Below are positions 7,869 through 14,718 of a stretch of DNA of 14,718 nt, piece after piece. This DNA is from an uncultured bacterium. Lineage in GTDB: Bacteria; Schekmanbacteria; GWA2-38-11; J061. The DNA lies in assembly GCA_964549305.1 (NCBI GenBank), contig CAZJVM010000061.1, positions 1 through 14,718 of the forward strand. The letters are read 5' to 3'. Under the pieces are notes generated by a model that saw nothing but the letters and a program-made list of their open reading frames with translations, did not search any database and had not been told where the DNA came from. Within the stretch, counting starts at the first letter, position 1, and the number at the start of each line of letters is the position of its first letter. The position numbers and the translations under genes were made by a program.

Positions 7869-8797
7869 ATTTGAAGTGCGACTTTGCTGCTTCTCCCGCG
7901 AATAAATTTCTCTTCTATCCCGCAATGGGGAATATCCGTTATTCTTTTTTTTATAATATCTGCCGCATCCCCTAAGGAAATAATATTTATATTGTTTTCC
8001 TTAAGTTTCGTAAGAATCTCAGTAAAAATACGCTTCCCCGGTTCGACTCCTTCGAGTTCGGGATGAACGGTCATCACACTGAAAGGAGTTTTTTTGATTT
8101 TATTTAAATAGAATGATGGCAATTCCTTATCCTTCATGCCGTCAAAACCATAGATTTCGTCAAGTGTAGGAAGAGTGGTGGGGATTTCCAGCGTTTTAAT
8201 CAGGTTATCTCCGAATTTCGGGAAAAAAGGAGTATTCCCCCGCGTATCACTATGGTAGTTAAGGTTCAGTTCATCTTCTGTCTGAAGACTTGTCTTTGTT
8301 GCGCGCCAACCCGGAGATGCGCACGATGACGGACTTTTGCCGATAAGGTCCTCAAAAATATTTTTTGCCTTTATCAGTTCACTTCTTATTTCATCTTCGC
8401 TCATCTCTGATAATTCTTCGTGCCACTTCACGTGGTCATATCCGTGAATGCCGCATTCGTGTCCTTCTGCCCTTATCATCTTCAGGACTTCCTTGTTAGA
8501 AGAGGCGATTAAAGGTGCTTTGACGATGAATCCGCAGGCAAGAGTTTTTATGGGGAATTTTTTTATCCGACGCGTGCGCAGGGTCATTTTGAAAAACTCC
8601 TTCCTGAAGATTCTTTTTAGCGCCTTGCCGGAGTTATCGGGACCCATTGCCACGAAGAAACTTGCCCTGATGTTAAATTTTGAAAAAACCCTCATTATGG
8701 AAGGGACATTTTCCTTAAGCCCTATGTTGGTATCTACATCAACTTTAACTGCAAGCGTAGGTGATGAAAAAAAATCAGGTATTTTTTTCATTTTCAA
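7859..8797 (-). CDS. arnD: Undecaprenyl-phosphate-Ara4FN deformylase (polysaccharide deacetylase fold)
   Basis: 312 aa (start could be the second ATG at 8791); KVDVDT, MGPDNSG, HGYDHVKW, PGWR, TLPTLDE, VMTVHPELEG parallel ArnD motifs (IDVDT, GPDN, HxWDH, TLPTxDE, TIHAEVEG); last gene of the arn run. Confidence 0.88.
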   Translation of the reverse strand: MKMKKIPDFFSSPTLAVKVDVDTNIGLKENVPSIMRVFSKFNIRASFFVAMGPDNSGKALKRIFRKEFFKMTLRTRRIKKFPIKTLACGFIVKAPLIASSNKEVLKMIRAEGHECGIHGYDHVKWHEELSEMSEDEIRSELIKAKNIFEDLIGKSPSSCASPGWRATKTSLQTEDELNLNYHSDTRGNTPFFPKFGDNLIKTLEIPTTLPTLDEIYGFDGMKDKELPSFYLNKIKKTPFSVMTVHPELEGVEPGKRIFTEILTKLKENNINIISLGDAADIIKKRITDIPHCGIEEKFIRGRSSKVALQITG

Positions 8798-9740
8798 TGA
8801 ACCATTCGACTGTTTTTCTCATCCCATCCTCAAGAGATATTTCGGGAGTGACATTAAGTACTGTTTTCATTTTAGTAATATCGGGGACCCTTCTTCTTAT
8901 ATCTTCATAGCTTTTACCGTAAATTGATTCCTGATTGACATATTCTATTTTGGATTTTGATTCAGAAACCTTGATCATTATTTCCGCAAGCTCGTTAATC
9001 GTTGTTTCTCTGTCTGTGCCGATATTGAATACTTCGCCGTTTGCCTTTTCGCTCATTCCCGCTTCAATGGTCGCCCTTATTGCATCTTCTACATAGGTGA
9101 AACAGCGAGTCTGCTTTCCGTCACCGATTACCGTAAGATTTTTTTTCTTTAGAATCTGTCCCATAAATATGGTGATAATCCTTCCAACATCAACCCTGTC
9201 CAGACGCGGTCCGTAAACATTAAAATAACGCACTATTGTAACGGGAAGTCCCATTGAATGATAGGCAAAGCAGAAATGCTCGCCTGCCGCTTTTGATGTG
9301 GAGTAGCACCAGCGGTCTATCTTTGTGGAACCGAGCACCCTGTCGTCGTTTTCGCTGAAGGGGATTTTGGGGTTTCTGCCGTATATTTCCGATGTTGAAG
9401 TGAAAATCACTTTTTTTCCGTACTTGTATGCCATCCTTAAAACATTCTGAACGCCGTTAATATTGACATTTAAAACATTATAAGGGTCGTCCACATAGTG
9501 CTCTACTCCCACCACTGCCGCCATATGATACACGAGGTCGCATTTCAGAATGAGCGCGTCAAGAAGGTCTTCATTGAAAATAGAATCCTTTATATAGTGA
9601 AAATTCTTGTTCCCGATATTGTGAGCCACCTTGAAATCTTTTGCAAGGTCAAGGGCAAAGACTTCGTGTCCTTCCTTAAGAAAATGGTCTCCGAGATGTG
9701 AACCTAAAAAACCGCCTCCTCCTGTAATCAATATCTTCAA
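8775..9740 (-). CDS. Extended SDR NAD-dependent epimerase/dehydratase, probable UDP-glucuronate C4 dehydrogenase/decarboxylase (stand-alone equivalent of the ArnA C-terminal domain)
   Basis: 321 aa, TTG start with SD AAGGAG; GGGGFLG, TSTSEIYG, RWCYSTSK (YxxxK), FNVYGPRLD, QTRCFTYV, YGKSYEDIRRRVP; lies between the formyltransferase and arnD. Confidence 0.78.
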   Translation of the reverse strand: MKILITGGGGFLGSHLGDHFLKEGHEVFALDLAKDFKVAHNIGNKNFHYIKDSIFNEDLLDALILKCDLVYHMAAVVGVEHYVDDPYNVLNVNINGVQNVLRMAYKYGKKVIFTSTSEIYGRNPKIPFSENDDRVLGSTKIDRWCYSTSKAAGEHFCFAYHSMGLPVTIVRYFNVYGPRLDRVDVGRIITIFMGQILKKKNLTVIGDGKQTRCFTYVEDAIRATIEAGMSEKANGEVFNIGTDRETTINELAEIMIKVSESKSKIEYVNQESIYGKSYEDIRRRVPDITKMKTVLNVTPEISLEDGMRKTVEWFIENEKNT

Positions 9741-9762
9741 TCTGTTTTCTCCTTGTTTTAGA

Positions 9763-10704
9763 TTATTTAAATAAAATTCCTTCTAATCCTTTAAATTTTC
9801 TGAATAAGTCTTTTCCCTTAATTTCTTTTTCACCTTCAAGCTGAACTGATTTTACAAGCAATAATCCTTTCCCTGTTTTTATTAGCATTCCCGTTGACGG
9901 AAAAACCCTGATAATTATCCCCTGTTTGATGTTCTTTAAAGTATTCCGACTTTTTGACAATACTGCATTCCAGACAAAAAGTTTTTTCCCCTCAATGAAA
10001 GTGTATGCACCGGGATAAGGATGAGCAACAGCGCGAATGAGATTATAAATTGATTCCGCGCTGTTTTCCCAATGAATCAATCCGTCTTCGGGATTCCTGC
10101 CTCCGAAATACGATGCTTTTTTAAAATTTTGTCTATGGGGTTTAATCTTCATCTTTTCTATAAGAGGATAAGTTTTTCGAATTAAAATTCCCGATGCTTT
10201 TTCCATTTTTGTAAATAATGTGAATGCCGTGTCCCGAAAGGATATGGGCACGCGTTTTTGTGCAACAATGTCTCCCGAATCCGGAGATTTTTCCATATAA
10301 TGCAGAGTCACGCCCGTAGATTTTTCACCTTTTATAATTGCCCAGTTTACGGGACATCTTCCCCTGTATGCGGGCAGGTATGAGCCGTGAAGATTGAATG
10401 CGCCGAGTCGGGGTATCTCAAGTATGGATTCAGGCAGAAGATAGCGATAATAAAATGAAAAAATAATGTCGGGGTTAATCTTTTTTATTTTTCGGAAAAA
10501 ATTTTCGCTCCTTATCTCTTTGTTTGTCGGCGTTGACACGGGAATTTTATTTTTACGGGCGAGGTCTTCAACTGATTTAAACCAGATATTTTCACCTTTT
10601 GAATCTTTGTGGGTTATGACGGCGGAAATCTCAGCACCCAGAGAGAGCAATTCTTTAACGCAGGTATAACCGATATTATGGTAAGCAAAAATCAGAACCT
10701 TCAC
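9763..10704 (-). CDS. arnA: UDP-Ara4N formyltransferase (stand-alone ArnA N-terminal domain)
   Basis: 313 aa, GTG start overlapping the arnC stop (GTGA); FAYHNIG, IIFSFYYR, NLHGSYLPAYRGRCPVNW, DSGDI, NLIRAVAHPYPGA match the ArnA formyltransferase domain rather than Met-tRNA Fmt. Confidence 0.9.
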   Translation of the reverse strand: MKVLIFAYHNIGYTCVKELLSLGAEISAVITHKDSKGENIWFKSVEDLARKNKIPVSTPTNKEIRSENFFRKIKKINPDIIFSFYYRYLLPESILEIPRLGAFNLHGSYLPAYRGRCPVNWAIIKGEKSTGVTLHYMEKSPDSGDIVAQKRVPISFRDTAFTLFTKMEKASGILIRKTYPLIEKMKIKPHRQNFKKASYFGGRNPEDGLIHWENSAESIYNLIRAVAHPYPGAYTFIEGKKLFVWNAVLSKSRNTLKNIKQGIIIRVFPSTGMLIKTGKGLLLVKSVQLEGEKEIKGKDLFRKFKGLEGILFK

Positions 10705-11678
10705 TTTATATCTTCTTCTTTACCGGAATTGCCGGTGTGATTGTATTGTGAAATGAGGTAATGCGGTTTGCCCCTTACTTCGTAATATATTCTGCCCACA
10801 TACTCTCCCACAAATCCTATCAGCAGCGCTTCTATACCGAGGAATGTAAATAAGATTGAAATCATTATGTGTATAATTGTTATTGACCTATAAAAAAACG
10901 AAGAGATAAATAGCGTTCCTGTCAGGATAAATCCAAGCCCTGTTGCAATGATTCCCAAAAGCGTAATTGCCTGAAGAGGTAAAAGCGATGAATTGGTGAG
11001 AATATCGAAATTCAGCTTTAACAAGTTCAGCGCGTTGTATTTCGATACGCCTCTTTCTCTTTCTCTATGCTCGACTTCAATTTCTGTCGGATTTTTGGAA
11101 TATCTGAATGTGAGAGCGGGAATGAAAAAACTCGAAAACTCATTCAGCTCTGTAATTCTTTTAACTACATCTTTTCTGTATGCCCTTAACATACAACCAT
11201 AGTCATTGAGCTTTATTCCCGTAAGTTTGTTGAGAACAACATTTCCTGCTTTTGACACTATTTTCCTGAAAAAAGGGTCGTGCCGGTTTTTCCTCCAACC
11301 TCCTACTGAATCGTGACCCTCTTCAATCTTTTTTATAAAACGGGGAATTTCTTCCGGTGGATTTTGCAGGTCAGCATCAATGGTCAGTATTATTTCGCCC
11401 CGGGCAAGCTCAAATCCCGCAAAGATAGCCGTATGTTGTCCGTAGTTTCTTGCAAACCTGTATATTTTGATATTTGAATTCTCTCTTCTTATTTTTTTTA
11501 AAATTTCCCACGAGGAATCAGTGCTTCCGTCATTTATAAAAATGATTTCGTGGCTCTTTTTTAATGAGGAGAGGACTCCTGATAACTCTTTAGTGAAAAT
11601 CTCGATATTTTCCTCTTCATTATATACAGGGACGACAACTGAAAGGTATATTTCGTTTTCCCGTTTATCGTTTGTCAT
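10701..11678 (-). CDS. arnC: Undecaprenyl-phosphate Ara4FN transferase (GT2)
   Basis: 325 aa; SVVVPVYNEE, NDGSTD, RNYGQHTAIFAG, DADLQNPPEEIP, DYGCMLRAY, two C-terminal TM helices then GEYVGRIY. Confidence 0.92.
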   Translation of the reverse strand: MTNDKRENEIYLSVVVPVYNEEENIEIFTKELSGVLSSLKKSHEIIFINDGSTDSSWEILKKIRRENSNIKIYRFARNYGQHTAIFAGFELARGEIILTIDADLQNPPEEIPRFIKKIEEGHDSVGGWRKNRHDPFFRKIVSKAGNVVLNKLTGIKLNDYGCMLRAYRKDVVKRITELNEFSSFFIPALTFRYSKNPTEIEVEHRERERGVSKYNALNLLKLNFDILTNSSLLPLQAITLLGIIATGLGFILTGTLFISSFFYRSITIIHIMISILFTFLGIEALLIGFVGEYVGRIYYEVRGKPHYLISQYNHTGNSGKEEDIK

Positions 11679-11692
11679 TCTGCGACAATCCT

Positions 11693-12880
11693 CTATTTTT
11701 TAAATTTTCTCGAAATATATTTAATTGCATCACAGACATACAGGACATCACTTTTTTTCATTAACGGGAAAAGGGGAAGAGAAACTATTCTTTCTCCCGT
11801 CTTTGCCGCTTCCGGAAAATCATTCTTTCGAAAACCATATTTTTTTCTGTAATAGGGCTGTGTGTGAATTGCCTGAAAATGAATTCCCGTACCTACATTC
11901 ATTTTTTTTAATTCTTCAATGAATTGTGACCTTGATATTTTAATCGCCTTCAGGTTGAGTTTTATTATGTAGAGATGCCACGCGTGTCGGCAATCGTATT
12001 TAACCGTTTCCGGACGCATTACCGCTTCACAATCTTCCAATCCCTTGTTGTAGATTTTTGCAAATTTCGTTCGCTTTGAAATAAATTCGTCAAGCTTGTC
12101 AATTTGATGGATACCGAGCGCCGCCTGAATATCGAGCATATTATATTTAAATCCCGGCAGGTGAAGTCCGTATTCGGCTTTGCCGCCTTTTGCGTATCGC
12201 GCCCACGCGCCTGATGTGATGCCGTGAAATCTCAGCAGACTTATCTTTTCACCGATTGACTTTTTTGAGAAGGCGACAATTCCGCCTTCCCCCGTTGTTA
12301 TATTTTTTAACGGATGAAAACTGAATATCGTTGCATCGCTTCCAAGCGCGCCTATTCTTCTGCCCTTGTATTCTGTTCCGATTGCGTGCGCGGCATCCTC
12401 GATAACGGCGATTCTTTTCTTTTTCGCAATCTTTAAAATAATATCCATATCGCAGGGCTGCCCCGCAAAATGTACGGGCATTATGGCTTTTGTGTGCTTC
12501 GTTATTTTTGATTCAATCTCATTTTCCCGGATATTCATTGTTCCCGGGTTTATGTCAACAAACACCGGTTTCGCCCCGACGTGTTCAATGACATTTACCG
12601 TTGCCGCAAAGGTCATCGGCGTTGTTATCACTTCATCGCCTTCTTTTATGCCGAGTGCAAGCAGTGAAGTATGAAGCCCCGCGGTGCCTGAGTTGAGCGC
12701 AAGGCACTCTTTTGCGCATGTATACTTCTTTATCTTTTTTTCAAACGCTATTACCTTCGGGCCGGTAGTAATCCAGCCTGATTTCAGTGAATCAGTGACT
12801 TCCTTAATCTCTTCAGTGCTGATTGAGGGTCTTGAAAGAGGAAGAAAATCTTTTCTTTTTTTAAAAGAAGATGTTTTCAA
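11693..12880 (-). CDS. arnB: UDP-4-amino-4-deoxy-L-arabinose aminotransferase
   Basis: 395 aa, TTG start; FLPLSRP, SGWITTGPK, EDAAHA, SFHPLKNITTGEGG (PLP Lys), PGFKYN, HAWHLYI, GTGIHF; directly upstream of arnC. Confidence 0.92.
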   Translation of the reverse strand: MKTSSFKKRKDFLPLSRPSISTEEIKEVTDSLKSGWITTGPKVIAFEKKIKKYTCAKECLALNSGTAGLHTSLLALGIKEGDEVITTPMTFAATVNVIEHVGAKPVFVDINPGTMNIRENEIESKITKHTKAIMPVHFAGQPCDMDIILKIAKKKRIAVIEDAAHAIGTEYKGRRIGALGSDATIFSFHPLKNITTGEGGIVAFSKKSIGEKISLLRFHGITSGAWARYAKGGKAEYGLHLPGFKYNMLDIQAALGIHQIDKLDEFISKRTKFAKIYNKGLEDCEAVMRPETVKYDCRHAWHLYIIKLNLKAIKISRSQFIEELKKMNVGTGIHFQAIHTQPYYRKKYGFRKNDFPEAAKTGERIVSLPLFPLMKKSDVLYVCDAIKYISRKFKK

Positions 12881-12901
12881 TTTAACCTTAATACTCCTCT
12901 A

Positions 12902-14518
12902 TCAGTGGTTTGAAATTAAAAAATAACTGCTTCTGTCAACATTTCCTAATGAGGTGATATGTACACCATGGGGCAGAATTGAAAATATATCTTCGAGCGT
13001 ATCATCATTTACAAGATACAAAACATCTTCTTTGTTTCTTAAATTACTTGTTACAGTATTCCACGATTTATCCTCAATAAATGTTTTTCCAAGATAAAAT
13101 GGAATACTCATATCATTTTCAGAGAGATCATACCCCCGAAGTGTTGAATCATCTTTGACATTACTTTTAATACTACGGGCAACGTTATAATAAGTCTTCT
13201 TCACCCAGGATGTTTCATATTTCAGATTAAAATATGAAGCTAACAATACTGCAGAAATGAGAAAAAGTGAAATGAAAAGATTTTTGTAATCGCTGCTCAG
13301 TGAAAAGAAAAGGGCTGAAATAATGGAAATTATCAAAATAAAGGAAATTAATGAAACCTTTGTCTGAAATCCGGAAATCCATATCCACCTGATTGTCATT
13401 ACCGACGCAATAATTACAAAGGCAGTGGTAAATATTTTTTCAAAGAGATTTAGAAATTTACCCGGTTTGAGGAGCAAATAATTTCCCATCATCCATTCTG
13501 CCGTCAGTAGAGAAAAAGCAGGCACGACGGGCAGAAGATAAAGTGACCTTTTTGTTGACGGAATGCTCAGGATAAAAAAAGGAATAAAGGCGAATATTGA
13601 AATTAAAAACAGGGACTGTCTGTGTTCGTAATTTTTATCATTTAAAGATTTAACGGTATTAAATATGACAAATGGAAGACATATTGACCAGGGGAAAAGA
13701 ATCTCGAATATTTTTGGAAAGTAGTAAAAAAAACTTTGTTTATGACCCAGCGATGCGCTGAAAAAGCGATTCCAATGGTTTTCTACAAAATAGAAATAAA
13801 AATATGAACTTCCCCCCTTCTGCCAGAGAAGGTAAAACCACGGCGTTGCTATTAGAAAAAATAAGAGAGCGCCTACTGCGATTTTCATCTCTTTTAGCTC
13901 GTGAAGATTTTTCTCCGAGAAAAGGAACATGAGAATAACAGGACATATAATTACAAGACTGATTGGTCCTTTGCTTAAAAATGCGAGCGCCCACATTGCA
14001 TACATCAAAAGGTAATTAAAAGTCTTTCCGCCTCTGTTTAGATAACCGCGCATAAAAAAATAAAATGATGCAATGATGAAGAAGGAGACAGATGTGTCGA
14101 TGAGACATTTATATTCCGCGGCAAGAAATTGGTGAGTAGTGAGCGCAATCATTGCGGAAGCAATTCCGGTTTTTCTGTCAAAGAGCAGTATCCCCAAAGC
14201 ATATGTGAATAATATAATTCCCGTTCCGAACAAAAATGACGGTATTCTTGAAAGTGCGGCATTTGCCCTGCCAGCGATACTGAAGACTGATGCAACTGAC
14301 CAGTAATAGAGAGGAGGTTTTTCAAGAAATGGCTTTTCGTTAAGACGGGGGACAACATAGTCACCGCTTTGCCACATCTCACGGGCAATCTCTGCTACGC
14401 GCGGTTCATCGGGCAGAGAGAGTTCTTCCTGAATAGGTCCTGCGATAAAAAGTAGGAATACTGCAATAAAAAGCACTATATATACTAATTTATTCAACCC
14501 ACTATATTCAATTTGCAT
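12902..14518 (-). CDS. arnT: ArnT-family GT-C membrane glycosyltransferase (probable lipid A Ara4N transferase)
   Basis: 538 aa polytopic membrane protein; DEPRVAEIAREM, PRLNEKPFLEKPPLYYW, RIPS, KGP, PWF, PWS, TKRSLYLLP, soluble C-terminal domain; sits directly upstream of arnB. Confidence 0.9.
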   Translation of the reverse strand: MQIEYSGLNKLVYIVLFIAVFLLFIAGPIQEELSLPDEPRVAEIAREMWQSGDYVVPRLNEKPFLEKPPLYYWSVASVFSIAGRANAALSRIPSFLFGTGIILFTYALGILLFDRKTGIASAMIALTTHQFLAAEYKCLIDTSVSFFIIASFYFFMRGYLNRGGKTFNYLLMYAMWALAFLSKGPISLVIICPVILMFLFSEKNLHELKEMKIAVGALLFFLIATPWFYLLWQKGGSSYFYFYFVENHWNRFFSASLGHKQSFFYYFPKIFEILFPWSICLPFVIFNTVKSLNDKNYEHRQSLFLISIFAFIPFFILSIPSTKRSLYLLPVVPAFSLLTAEWMMGNYLLLKPGKFLNLFEKIFTTAFVIIASVMTIRWIWISGFQTKVSLISFILIISIISALFFSLSSDYKNLFISLFLISAVLLASYFNLKYETSWVKKTYYNVARSIKSNVKDDSTLRGYDLSENDMSIPFYLGKTFIEDKSWNTVTSNLRNKEDVLYLVNDDTLEDIFSILPHGVHITSLGNVDRSSYFLISNH

Positions 14519-14564
14519 TTCTTTTAAAGTTCAGTCTCCTGAGAAAGTTTAAAATATATCTCTT

Positions 14565-14718
14565 TTAAAACAGGATTTGGTTTTTTAGGATATTAGTTTT
14601 CTTTTTAAGAATGCCAAGAGTTGTAAAAATTAAAAATGACATTATCAAAAGGATCTGCCAAACAGTATCAAATTCAAAAATATTTTCAACAAACGCATCT
14701 TCTAAAATGCCAGTTCCC
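14565..14718 (-). CDS. 3' end of an upstream gene, probable membrane protein (partial; not in the ORF track)
   Basis: Frame from 14717 is open for 50 codons: GTGILEDAFVENIFEFDTVWQILLIMSFLIFTTLGILKKKTNILKNQILF*, stop TAA at 14567-14565; hydrophobic helix followed by KKK; ends 46 bp before arnT on the same strand. Confidence 0.65.
   Translation of the reverse strand, partial: GTGILEDAFVENIFEFDTVWQILLIMSFLIFTTLGILKKKTNILKNQILF

Noticed and set aside
9763-10704. Methionyl-tRNA formyltransferase (fmt)
   Set aside because: FAYH, FSFYYR and NLHGS motifs and the position between arnC and arnD fit the ArnA formyltransferase; the Fmt GTPxFA and HPSLLP motifs are absent.
582-11909. A/T homopolymers of 7-8 nt inside genes (e.g. 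582-589, 9139-9146, 11492-11499, 11902-11909) as phase-variation tracts
   Set aside because: Short, common in AT- and Lys-rich coding DNA, and all host frames are intact.
5582-14388. Short ORFs overlapping phoR/phoB/arn genes (e.g. 5582-6076, 7123-7479, 8448-8927, 12366-12674, 13740-13994)
   Set aside because: Antisense or off-frame shadows of conserved genes; Ser/Ile/Phe-rich composition is what reverse-read AT-rich codons give.

Overview
AT-rich bacterial chromosomal window devoted almost entirely to cell-envelope sugar metabolism. At the left edge is the 5' part of a tRNA-Pro(UGG) gene (- strand), preceded on that strand by a DegT-family aminotransferase of the WbpE/WlbC (C3) type. Divergent from it, a + strand run encodes a Gfo/Idh/MocA oxidoreductase, a hexapeptide-repeat N-acetyltransferase, an LhgO-family FAD oxidase and GDP-mannose 4,6-dehydratase (gmd). 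The right two thirds is a - strand block: the 3' end of a membrane-protein gene, a 4-amino-4-deoxy-L-arabinose (Ara4N) operon with split ArnA (arnT-arnB-arnC-formyltransferase-SDR decarboxylase-arnD), then a PhoB/PhoR-like two-component pair that collides tail-to-tail with gmd. I found no mobile element, CRISPR array or long repeat. The most interesting hypothesis is that the LhgO-like oxidase recycles the 2-hydroxyglutarate by-product of a WbpB-type 3-amino-sugar pathway. All family calls come from motifs recognised by eye; no database search was run.
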